Shown here piece by piece: positions 41,874 to 49,586 of a DNA stretch of 64,000 nt (positions within the stretch are counted from its first letter, which is position 1; each line of letters starts with the position of its first letter). Location: IMG/VR virus record IMGVR_UViG_3300028127_000003; one strand, written 5' to 3'. Origin of the DNA: a virus. The translations under genes and the position numbers were made by a program. Under the pieces are notes generated by a model that saw only the letters and a list, made by a program, of their open reading frames with translations, was not told where the DNA came from and did no database searches.

Positions 41874-41939
41874 ATTACTATACTAATATAAGCAAAAAAT
41901 CTGAGATAAAAAAACTTTTAGCTGTTTATTTTCAAAAAA
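41874..41939 (-). repeat. Dispersed ~65-bp intergenic repeat, copy 2 (candidate early promoter)
   Basis: Near-identical to copy 3; TATAGT element 19 nt before ATG 41857. Confidence 0.8.
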
Positions 41940-41962
41940 CTTTTGGTTATAACCAGAAGTTA

Positions 41963-42559
41963 TTACAAAAACTTATGGTACAGTTTACCTAAAGGATATT
42001 CGTTATCTTCTGACTCCATCTTTTCAGGATGCCATTGAACTGCCCATATCTTTTTATCTAAGTCTTCGAATCCTTCAACTACAGAATATAATGGATATGA
42101 AAGATGTGTAGCTTTGAAGTTTTTAGCTAGTATATTACAGTGTTGATGATGCCTAGAATTAACACTAGTTAATGTTCCATTTAAATCTTCAACCGTATGG
42201 AATTGAGATGGCTTCCCGCTATGATCAACGTCTTCTGAAAAGTCAGCTGCTTTATGATCTTCTACTATTGCATCAGATAAATCTTCTACCGTTCCTCCAA
42301 AATAATGATTTAGGATTTGCATTCCTCTACATATTCCTAATATTCTATTATTAGAATCCAGGGCCTGTTTAATCCATACGAATTCTTTAGCGTCCCTTTC
42401 TTCGTCTTTTCCAATGTCTGCTCCTCCACATAATAGTAAAGGGCCTTTGACCTTGCGTCTAAGATCTAGCCATATTATTTCATGGTTGTAATGTGAAAGC
42501 CAGAGTCGAATTGCCTCTTTTTCCTTTATTCCCCTTGGAGGTGCTACGTAAATAGTCAT
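41963..42559 (-). CDS. Class I glutamine amidotransferase / peptidase C26 (gamma-glutamyl hydrolase-like)
   Basis: LLLCGGADI, LGICRGMQILN (catalytic Cys), VNSRHHQ, AVQWHPE (His-Glu). Confidence 0.88.
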   Translation of the reverse strand: MTIYVAPPRGIKEKEAIRLWLSHYNHEIIWLDLRRKVKGPLLLCGGADIGKDEERDAKEFVWIKQALDSNNRILGICRGMQILNHYFGGTVEDLSDAIVEDHKAADFSEDVDHSGKPSQFHTVEDLNGTLTSVNSRHHQHCNILAKNFKATHLSYPLYSVVEGFEDLDKKIWAVQWHPEKMESEDNEYPLGKLYHKFL

Positions 42560-42561
42560 AA

Positions 42562-42584
42562 TAAAAACCCAATGAATTTGGGTT
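42562..42584 (-). terminator. Probable intrinsic terminator after 42597..43154
   Basis: AACCCAA-ATTCA-TTGGGTT then TTTATT. Confidence 0.55.
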
Positions 42585-42596
42585 ATTTTTAAAAAG

Positions 42597-43154
42597 CTAG
42601 GATTTGAAAAGGTTGTTTACCTGATCAACGATATCTTTTCCTTTATAAGATGCCTTAAAATGTTTAAGCAATTCTTTCTTAGCTTTCTTTTTATCAGAAG
42701 ATGATAAATTGTCAAATCTGTCTATAATAGAAGAATTGTTATCTTTTGCGGCTCTATATTGTCCACCATCATCGATGTATTGTGCATATAGATCGTATGA
42801 TTTAAAGTATTTTAAGAATAATTCTAGATCAGATAAGATTTCTTTTTCTAGTTGATTCTTTAATTTTCTATAGATGGTTTTCTTTTTGTTATAGTAATAT
42901 TCCCATCCATCATTTTCTTGCATTCTCCATCCACTTACTTTATACATGTGGATTGTATCTTTAGAAGATAATTTGATTTCAAATTTAATACCCTTGTCAG
43001 TTGAAAGATCTTCAATGCTTTTAAGCATATCTTCCTTAGGTAATAATCTCGCCATAATCCATTCAACTTCCTGTTTCATTTCTTCAGGAGAACCCCAGTT
43101 CTTTTTGAAATCGTTATATGCGTAATACTTTTCGAATGTCATTAGATGTTTCAT
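42597..43154 (-). CDS. Hypothetical protein with capsid-targeting-like N-terminus
   Basis: Starts MKHLMTFEKY; late-type motif 4 nt upstream; terminator downstream. Confidence 0.6.
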   Translation of the reverse strand: MKHLMTFEKYYAYNDFKKNWGSPEEMKQEVEWIMARLLPKEDMLKSIEDLSTDKGIKFEIKLSSKDTIHMYKVSGWRMQENDGWEYYYNKKKTIYRKLKNQLEKEILSDLELFLKYFKSYDLYAQYIDDGGQYRAAKDNNSSIIDRFDNLSSSDKKKAKKELLKHFKASYKGKDIVDQVNNLFKS

Positions 43155-43158
43155 ACTC

Positions 43159-43166
43159 TATATATC
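43159..43166 (-). promoter_or_regulatory. Candidate late promoter RATATATA (leaderless spacing)
   Basis: GATATATA 4 nt before ATG 43154. Confidence 0.55.
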
Positions 43167-43891
43167 TATCCTACGAATCCAGGATCTCCAGCTCTTCTAT
43201 CCCATCCGATATGTTTGACATATCCATCATTATCGTCCACTGATAAACTAACAACTATAAAACCCTGATCTCTATACCAGTGATCTACGAGATGTTCTCT
43301 AACCATTCCCGTGTACCCGTTATTTAATAGTCTATAGTCGCTCATTCTTTTTAAGCCTGGATTCCAGCTAAATCCCATATAATCCCTGACTATCATGGGA
43401 GTACCATCTTCGTTCAAGTCTCCTGTTGAAAAACTGGCAGGAAGAACAGCTCTAACTTTCATTCCGTTTAATTCAAATACTCTTTCAGATATTTTATTTA
43501 AAATCCTATCGTTCTTTGGGCGTATCCATGCTTGTAATATTTTTTCACTAGCAGAGAGAATTCTAATAGAATCTTCGATAAATCCATGTCTATAGAATTC
43601 CCAATCTTCTTCACAATGAAAAACATATTTAGTAGTTACGGTAGAGTATGCTTTATCTATTGACTTTGACTGTCCTAGTTTATTTTCATTAAACATAAAC
43701 TCTAAAGAGTTATTATACTTCTTATTAAGCTCATTACATGCATCAAATACTTCTTCCTGTGCAGAGTCCTCTGTTATAATAAATCTTTCAATTGGATATG
43801 TGTTGAATTTAAAAAAAGAGTCTAGTGTTTTTTCTAAAAGATCAACTCTTCCACATGAGGTAAGAACAACTGTAACTGAATTTATTTCCAT
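43166..43891 (-). CDS. GT-A fold glycosyltransferase (GT2-like)
   Basis: VTVVLTSCGRVDLLEKTLDSF, IITEDS, GQSKSID, VFHCEEDWEF. Confidence 0.75.
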   Translation of the reverse strand: MEINSVTVVLTSCGRVDLLEKTLDSFFKFNTYPIERFIITEDSAQEEVFDACNELNKKYNNSLEFMFNENKLGQSKSIDKAYSTVTTKYVFHCEEDWEFYRHGFIEDSIRILSASEKILQAWIRPKNDRILNKISERVFELNGMKVRAVLPASFSTGDLNEDGTPMIVRDYMGFSWNPGLKRMSDYRLLNNGYTGMVREHLVDHWYRDQGFIVVSLSVDDNDGYVKHIGWDRRAGDPGFVG

Positions 43892-44223
43892 AGTATTTGT
43901 ATCGATATTAAAATAAGGGTTAATAATAGAGACACTCCGGTCTTCGCCGTGATACCTTCATTCATAAAGTAATAAGTCATAGCAGTAAATATAAGAATAC
44001 CACTAGCAAAACCTATGAATCTTCCAGGCCAAAGTAAACCGTCAAAGTGCTCAACAACCATCTGTGTTGCTTTAATTAAAATGTAACTAATAATAGAACC
44101 CATTCCAATGGCAACTGGCCATGGGTTTTTCTTAAACCAGGGCCATACAAATTGTCCATTAGTTTGAATCCAAATAAGTCCTTGCCCTAAGAGGAATAAT
44201 AAAAAGCCGTAAAAAAGTTTCAT
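43882..44223 (-). CDS. Small multi-pass membrane protein (DMT/SMR-like)
   Basis: About four hydrophobic segments in 113 aa. Confidence 0.55.
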   Translation of the reverse strand: MKLFYGFLLFLLGQGLIWIQTNGQFVWPWFKKNPWPVAIGMGSIISYILIKATQMVVEHFDGLLWPGRFIGFASGILIFTAMTYYFMNEGITAKTGVSLLLTLILISIQILWK

Positions 44224-44852
44224 TAGAATAATGAATTAGTAGTAGTTAATAGATGTGATATAAATGAAGGCCTATGTGAATCACTGGCTCCCATTTCCTT
44301 TATTGCAGTTATATGTTGCTTTGTTCCATATCCTTTATTAGAATTCCATCCATATCCTGGAGTTTCTTCATCTAATTCTTTCATTAACATATCTCTACTT
44401 GTTTTAGCAAGTATGGATGCAGCAGCGATAGAACTATATTTATTATCTCCACCTATTACGGTTTTAAAAGGTATTCCTTCATATCCGTGGAATTGATCTC
44501 CATCCACTAATATAAAATTAAATGAATTGTCAATAGTGTTTAGACATTCTTTCATTCCTAGAAGAGTAGCCTTTAATATGTTAGTAGATTCTATTGTTTC
44601 CGTATCTATATGCTGAACGCTATACGCAATTGCGTTATCTAATACTATTTCCCTAGCCTCTTTTCTTTGAGATTCATTTAGCAATTTAGAATCTTTTATT
44701 AAAGGATGGTTAAATCCATACGGCATAATAACCGCAGATACTGTAACTGGGCCTGCCAAGGCACCTCGACCTGCTTCGTCTATTCCAACTTCAACGATAC
44801 TTCTATCGTCATTATAACTTCCTTTAAGTAAGATGTGTTTTGCTTTCTCCAT
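44223..44852 (-). CDS. rnhB: Ribonuclease HII (start moved to MEKAK at 44852)
   Basis: GIDEAGRGALAGPV, DSKLL, VDG, GDNKYSSIAAASILAK..RD, NKGYGT; the promoter motif overlaps the longer ORF-track start. Confidence 0.93.
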   Translation of the reverse strand: MEKAKHILLKGSYNDDRSIVEVGIDEAGRGALAGPVTVSAVIMPYGFNHPLIKDSKLLNESQRKEAREIVLDNAIAYSVQHIDTETIESTNILKATLLGMKECLNTIDNSFNFILVDGDQFHGYEGIPFKTVIGGDNKYSSIAAASILAKTSRDMLMKELDEETPGYGWNSNKGYGTKQHITAIKEMGASDSHRPSFISHLLTTTNSLF

Positions 44853-44868
44853 ATTAAGTTTTATAGGA

Positions 44869-44895
44869 GTTATACACACATTTAGTGAAATGTTT
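44869..44895 (-). promoter_or_regulatory. Bipartite promoter motif AAACWWTT-N13-TATARY
   Basis: AAACATTT-CACTAAATGTGTG-TATAAC, upstream of rnhB. Confidence 0.7.
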
Positions 44896-45622
44896 ATTTA
44901 GGCTCGTGGTTTTCCTTCCACTTATCGTATCTCTTTACAACTTCCTGAAGGATCTTTGCTCTAACAATATCTTTTTCAGTAAATTCATGCACACCTATTC
45001 CTTTAATACCTGTCATTAATTCAGTAAACGAAGGTAAACCAACATTGGCTTTAGATATATCATGCTGGCTAACGTCTCCTGTTACTATAACCTTAGAGTC
45101 TTTACCCATTCTTGTTACAAATAACATTAACTGCTTGAACGTTGCATTCTGTGCTTCATCTAATACCATTAATGATCCGTCAAATGTATCACCTCTCATA
45201 TAAGCCATTGGCCTAAATACAATAACTTCTTTCTCTACGAGAGTTTGTGCTATTTCAGATCCTACTATTTTTGTAATGTTCGATATGTATGATTGCATGA
45301 ATGGATCTATCTTGTCTGCGATATCTCCTGGTAAAAATCCTAACTTTTCACCTGCTTCCTGGATGGGTTTACATAATACTATTTGTGAAATCTCTTTTCT
45401 AGCTAAGAGGAGGAGTGCAGTATAACATGCTGTAAATGTTTTGGATGTTCCAGCTGGACCTGTGCAAAACGTTATCTGATTCTCTAGTATTGTGTTTGTA
45501 TATTTCTTTTGGGATTGTCTTAATTGTACTCCTTTTAATTCTGCTTCTTTTATTCCGTATCTTCTTCTTCTAGGTCCATCGGAACTAGATGAAGATTTAT
45601 TGTTTGAATTGTTTCTGCTCAT
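44894..45622 (-). CDS. phoH: PhoH-family ATPase
   Basis: GPAGTSKT P-loop, GEKLGFLPGD, AYMRGDTF, LDEAQN, TGDVSQHD. Confidence 0.93.
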   Translation of the reverse strand: MSRNNSNNKSSSSSDGPRRRRYGIKEAELKGVQLRQSQKKYTNTILENQITFCTGPAGTSKTFTACYTALLLLARKEISQIVLCKPIQEAGEKLGFLPGDIADKIDPFMQSYISNITKIVGSEIAQTLVEKEVIVFRPMAYMRGDTFDGSLMVLDEAQNATFKQLMLFVTRMGKDSKVIVTGDVSQHDISKANVGLPSFTELMTGIKGIGVHEFTEKDIVRAKILQEVVKRYDKWKENHEPK

Positions 45623-45636
45623 CGAGTTTAATTTTT

Positions 45637-45936
45637 TTAGTCTCCTGCCATTATTACCGTTTTTTTAAGCTGCAATAACGTATCACATTTTTCATACTCC
45701 TCAAGTTCTTCAAAATATTCTATAATAATATCTATGAACTTGCTTCTTTGTCCTTCGCCATGAGGGATTTCTATCGTATTCTTGCCTTCGCTGAATACAA
45801 CAAATCTATTAATGGTTTTAGTAAAATTTCTTGTGATAGTATAATAGCTTGATCTCATCAATGCGTCTTTGTCATCACTAAAAGATTCCTTCATTACAAA
45901 GTATATTTTTTTATATCGAGATATTAATAATCTCAA
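45637..45936 (-). CDS. Small protein with C-terminal UVR-like motif
   Basis: Ends YFEELEEYEKCDTLLQLKK. Confidence 0.6.
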   Translation of the reverse strand: MRLLISRYKKIYFVMKESFSDDKDALMRSSYYTITRNFTKTINRFVVFSEGKNTIEIPHGEGQRSKFIDIIIEYFEELEEYEKCDTLLQLKKTVIMAGD

Positions 45937-45938
45937 TT

Positions 45939-45946
45939 TATATATT
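45939..45946 (-). promoter_or_regulatory. Candidate late promoter RATATATA
   Basis: AATATATA 2 nt before the TTG start called at 45936; the true start may be later. Confidence 0.35.
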
Positions 45947-46000
45947 TAATTCCGGTAAGGTCTAAGGTAAAATGAAGTAAAAAAATATGTTATTATATTT

Positions 46001-46198
46001 CTACTTGTCCTTGTTTTCGGCGTTAGATTTCTTTTGAAGATATATTGCCTTTTGGAACTTAAGTCTCTTTAATGCAGAGGGCTTCGTATATTGCTTTTCA
46101 TCTCTAACCTTTTTCATCTGTTTGGTCTTAATGGTTTTACGCTTATACTGTTTTAAAGCTTTTTCTATATTCCCTTTATCTACATTAATTATTAACAT
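46001..46198 (-). CDS. rpsU: Ribosomal protein bS21
   Basis: MLII...NIEKALKQYKRK...Y.KPS..KR...KAIY matches Bacteroidota-type bS21. Confidence 0.88.
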   Translation of the reverse strand: MLIINVDKGNIEKALKQYKRKTIKTKQMKKVRDEKQYTKPSALKRLKFQKAIYLQKKSNAENKDK

Positions 46199-46497
46199 AT
46201 ATTGCTTATGATTTTTTTAAGTTCATGGCATCTTTCATATTCTTCTTGTTCTGCGAAATATTTGATAACCGTTTCTAGTGCTGCTATTTTTTCTTCTTTA
46301 GGAGAATTATTGTTTAATGCTCCCATTTCATTTTCAATTATAGCCTTATAAATTAAGTCCATCATTATCTCTTTGGATGATGATTTCAATTTTTCAATAA
46401 ACGCGATTGATTCTACGCTGTTGTTAACTTCAAATTCTGGATTATTTCTATTGGTATCTGAATTATCCCATTCGTCAAAATCTGGTAAATCATTCAT
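46192..46497 (-). CDS. Small protein with C-terminal UVR-like motif
   Basis: Ends YFAEQEEYERCHELKKI. Confidence 0.6.
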   Translation of the reverse strand: MNDLPDFDEWDNSDTNRNNPEFEVNNSVESIAFIEKLKSSSKEIMMDLIYKAIIENEMGALNNNSPKEEKIAALETVIKYFAEQEEYERCHELKKIISNIC

Positions 46498-47290
46498 TGT
46501 CTATTTCTTTTATTTTTTTTATTAGTTCTATTTGTGAATCTTTAAGGGGTGGATTAAATGCATTTAACTTCACCATAAGGTTACCATAAGTATTCATACT
46601 ATATATCGGGAATCCTTTACCACTTATTCTTAATATCTTATTATTCTGTGAATTTGGAGGAACATTTACCTTTATTTTATAAAAAGGCGTATTGATTTCT
46701 ATTTCAGTTCCTAGAATCATATCATAAAAAGAAACATTTGCATCTACATAGATGTCATTTCCGTTTAATATAATCCTATCATCATATTTTAAATTAATTA
46801 TAATGATTAGATCTCCTTTGGGTGCAGATGAATTAGCAGGATGAGGTTGACCTTTTCCACTAATTTTTAACTTCATACCTTCATAAACTCCTTTAGGTAT
46901 ATTAACGTTTAGTTTTTTAGAACCTATGTCTACTCTCTTTTGGGTTCCATGATAAGATTCTTCTAGGGTTATTGTCATTCTAACCGTAACGTCTCTTCCT
47001 TTTGAAGAGGAACCAAACGCATCATTGAACATATCACTGAAGGATCCTTCTCCGTTTTGAAACCAACTATGAAATGGATTGTCAGAAGACTTATATCCTA
47101 ATTCAATATCATACTTTCTTTTTCTGTTCTCGTCAGATAAAACCTCGTATGCTGTAACTATTTCTTTAAAGGAAGACTCATCCCCTTCGACGGTATCGGG
47201 ATGATATTGCTTTGCTAGTTTACGATAGGCCTTCTTAATCTCGGCTTGGCTTGCTGACTTGTCTATCTGCAGCAGTTCGTAGTAGTTCAT
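46490..47290 (-). CDS. dnaJ: DnaJ/CbpA-type J-domain co-chaperone (no zinc finger)
   Basis: NYYELLQI...EIKKAYRKLAKQYHPD, AYEVLSD, C-terminal LKISGKG, GDLII, LRISGKGFP. Confidence 0.92.
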   Translation of the reverse strand: MNYYELLQIDKSASQAEIKKAYRKLAKQYHPDTVEGDESSFKEIVTAYEVLSDENRKRKYDIELGYKSSDNPFHSWFQNGEGSFSDMFNDAFGSSSKGRDVTVRMTITLEESYHGTQKRVDIGSKKLNVNIPKGVYEGMKLKISGKGQPHPANSSAPKGDLIIIINLKYDDRIILNGNDIYVDANVSFYDMILGTEIEINTPFYKIKVNVPPNSQNNKILRISGKGFPIYSMNTYGNLMVKLNAFNPPLKDSQIELIKKIKEIDNE

Positions 47291-47429
47291 TCTTTCTTTT
47301 CTTTACGGCTTCCTTAACGACTTTAATGCTCTTTCTTTTTTCAACCACATCTCTTTTCTGTTGGTTTTCCATAAGATCTGCAATTCTCGTAAGTTGCTCC
47401 GCAATGACTTTTAATAATTGTTCTTCCAT
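47235..47429 (-). CDS. Hypothetical small protein (start moved to MEEQL)
   Basis: Helical basic ORF overlapping the dnaJ start; ATG at 47429 chosen over the ORF-track start. Confidence 0.5.
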   Translation of the reverse strand: MEEQLLKVIAEQLTRIADLMENQQKRDVVEKRKSIKVVKEAVKKRKNELLRTAADRQVSKPSRD

Positions 47430-47447
47430 GATATATTTATACACATT

Positions 47448-47732
47448 TTATTTATTGTCTAGAATATTTTTAAGATGTGCACATTTTTCATATTCTTCAG
47501 ATTCCTGAAACCAATCTAACATTTGCTGTAATGTTCTGATAATCGGTTCTATTTCTATGCCGTTGTCTTGCATTGATTTAAAGTCAACTCCTTTTTCTAA
47601 GATCATATCCCAGTTATTTCTAACTAGTTTATCTTTCAGTTCGTGAAGGTTATTTTCCATATCTGCATTTTTTTGAATTTGAGCTATTTCATCGTGCTCA
47701 TCGTTGTTTTGGTCTTCGAAGTCTTCAAACAT
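47448..47732 (-). CDS. Small protein with C-terminal UVR-like motif
   Basis: Ends WFQESEEYEKCAHLKNI; downstream of repeat copy 3. Confidence 0.62.
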   Translation of the reverse strand: MFEDFEDQNNDEHDEIAQIQKNADMENNLHELKDKLVRNNWDMILEKGVDFKSMQDNGIEIEPIIRTLQQMLDWFQESEEYEKCAHLKNILDNK

Positions 47733-47747
47733 ATTTCTTTATTTTTA

Positions 47748-47813
47748 ATTACTATACTAATATAAGCAAAATTTCTGAGATAAAAAAACTTTTAACTGTT
47801 TATTTTCAAAAAA
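47748..47813 (-). repeat. Dispersed ~65-bp intergenic repeat, copy 3 (candidate early promoter)
   Basis: Near-identical to copy 2; TATAGT element 18 nt before ATG 47732. Confidence 0.8.
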
Positions 47814-47820
47814 GTTTAAA

Positions 47821-48564
47821 TTAAAATGGAGCTTCAACCTTAGATACTAGTTCCATATCTGACATCTTTAACATCACGTTCATAGTTCCAATAACATCAT
47901 CTTCACAATAGTCTTTAATTTCTTCTAATCTTCCAGCGTAATACGCTTCTGATACTTCACCACCATACATGTTTTGTTTAGGAGAAGGTATCTGTAAAAG
48001 ATCACAGATCATAGAAAGAGATGCACCATTCCATCCGCCAAATTTCCATATTTCATTAGTGTCTAATAGACAATTCTCCCATGGCTTAAGTTTTTGTAAG
48101 TGTAATTGTTGTGGAATTTCTACACCTTGAATAATGGATCTTTTAATTAAGTAAGGCATATCAAAGCCTTTAATGTTATGACCTACTATTTGAATTTTAG
48201 GATTTGCCTTAAAGATTAATGCCATCGTATCCATAAATTCCTTTAGAGTATTCTTTTCATCATCTCCATAAAAAGACTTTATCTTAGGGGTAGGTGTAAT
48301 GCCATCTGGGAAGGTGACTTGTCCGATTGTAATAACTACTGCTCTTCCGAATTCAGGATAAAGGGCAGCATCCTTGATATACATATCAGCATCTGAAACT
48401 CCTTCATACTCTGATTTACTTTGTCTACCATACTTTGCTTTCTTTTCCCAGTGTGAGTATGCATTTTCTCCAATAATCTCTGCAAAGCTATCTAAGTCCT
48501 TTGCAGCAGTTGACGTTTCAATGTCAATAAATAACATGTTTTTTAAATCTGAAATACTATACAT
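47821..48564 (-). CDS. DEDD 3'-5' exonuclease related to the PolB exonuclease domain
   Basis: FIDIET, GHNIKGFDMPYL, DT.EIW, SL..IC..L.IPSPK, YCEDDV. Confidence 0.85.
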   Translation of the reverse strand: MYSISDLKNMLFIDIETSTAAKDLDSFAEIIGENAYSHWEKKAKYGRQSKSEYEGVSDADMYIKDAALYPEFGRAVVITIGQVTFPDGITPTPKIKSFYGDDEKNTLKEFMDTMALIFKANPKIQIVGHNIKGFDMPYLIKRSIIQGVEIPQQLHLQKLKPWENCLLDTNEIWKFGGWNGASLSMICDLLQIPSPKQNMYGGEVSEAYYAGRLEEIKDYCEDDVIGTMNVMLKMSDMELVSKVEAPF

Positions 48565-48805
48565 CTTTTTCTTGTTTTGGGTGAGTTTTTCTAATATTAT
48601 AAATAGAGACTGGATATCTCATTTGTCTTCCATAATTTCCATTAACAAATGTAAACCATCGATGGCCGTATGTTTCTGTTAATTTGTCAGAGGTACCTTC
48701 TAACTTTCCTACTTCCCATGATCCTGCGAAATAGAAATAGTACGTTTCGCCAATAATTGGCTTCTTAACGTGAATAATCTCTAGCTTCTTTTTCTTCTTT
48801 GCCAT
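48557..48805 (-). CDS. Hypothetical protein (start moved to MAKKK)
   Basis: ATG 4 nt downstream of the TATAAT of the promoter motif at 48810. Confidence 0.55.
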   Translation of the reverse strand: MAKKKKKLEIIHVKKPIIGETYYFYFAGSWEVGKLEGTSDKLTETYGHRWFTFVNGNYGRQMRYPVSIYNIRKTHPKQEKDV

Positions 48806-48809
48806 ATAG

Positions 48810-48836
48810 ATTATACTCAAATATGTGTAATTGTTT
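48810..48836 (-). promoter_or_regulatory. Bipartite promoter motif AAACWWTT-N13-TATARY
   Basis: AAACAATT-ACACATATTTGAG-TATAAT, 4 nt before ATG 48805. Confidence 0.7.
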
Positions 48837-49302
48837 ATATTTTCTTCTTTAATCTCATTAAGTATACTACTCTAGAGAAATGATAAAAGGAAAGAATAGG
48901 TATCTGTAACACTTCAAACAAGAATAAATTCTGTTCAGTGTTTATAAAGAGTGTTGGATATAATATTGCAGATATTATTCCAAAGATTTTAAATCTTTTA
49001 TCAAAGAGCATGATCCATGTCGATGACATAAAAAATAGAATAGCAGATATATTATGTATTGTAGGGTAATTTGCAACGCTAAAGCTTGCTATGATTATTA
49101 ATAAGAATGCCGGTATTTTCCATTCAATAGAACGATGAAGCCATAATCCTAATGAAACTCCTATTGTTAATAAAGGGAATAAGATTGGTTTTAATTGATG
49201 ATAATCACTATAACTATCCTCTATGCCTAGGATTAATGGCAGACACACTGTATATAATATTGCGTAAATACACAGTGCAAATCGTAACCATAATCTATTC
49301 AT
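48835..49302 (-). CDS. Multi-pass membrane protein
   Basis: Five to six hydrophobic segments; SYSDYH and HNISAILFF motifs. Confidence 0.6.
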   Translation of the reverse strand: MNRLWLRFALCIYAILYTVCLPLILGIEDSYSDYHQLKPILFPLLTIGVSLGLWLHRSIEWKIPAFLLIIIASFSVANYPTIHNISAILFFMSSTWIMLFDKRFKIFGIISAILYPTLFINTEQNLFLFEVLQIPILSFYHFSRVVYLMRLKKKI

Positions 49303-49328
49303 ACTTGGAAGTTTATTAACTATACTTA

Positions 49329-49355
49329 ACTATACACTTCCATTTGGAATTGTTT
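49329..49355 (-). promoter_or_regulatory. Bipartite promoter motif AAACWWTT-N13-TATARY
   Basis: AAACAATT-CCAAATGGAAGTG-TATAGT, upstream of ATG 49302. Confidence 0.7.
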
Positions 49356-49358
49356 CAA

Positions 49359-49583
49359 TTAAAAGTGTCCGTGTTCTTTAACACGTCTTATCATAAGATA
49401 TGTGTTATATGATACGTTAATTTCTGCATATCCTCCTGTAATTGTAGAAGGACAAGATTCTCTAGAAATCCAATAGCTAGGTGGTTCTTTAATTCTTTCT
49501 GTTATAAAGTCAAACAGTTTGTCAATGTCCATGTGATGAACCCATAAGTTCACATGCATACAAGTCATATCCGGATATGCCAT
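49359..49583 (-). CDS. Hypothetical protein
   Basis: 74-aa ORF in the run. Confidence 0.5.
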   Translation of the reverse strand: MAYPDMTCMHVNLWVHHMDIDKLFDFITERIKEPPSYWISRESCPSTITGGYAEINVSYNTYLMIRRVKEHGHF

Positions 49584-49586
49584 AAT

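Noticed and set aside
41944-41955. 12-bp palindrome TGGTTATAACCA and GTGGAAT-A-ATTCCAC at 60524..60538 as operators
   Set aside because: Single short AT-rich palindromes with no second copy seen; not distinguishable from chance or weak hairpins.
25050-46198. Bacterial chromosome origin for rpsA, rpsU, dnaJ and rnhB
   Set aside because: No ribosomal or housekeeping operon context; embedded among T4-like baseplate/neck genes and sharing phage motifs.
41438-47813. CRISPR array or IS ends for the ~65-bp repeats
   Set aside because: Copies are dispersed, separated by whole genes, directly oriented and without cas or transposase genes.
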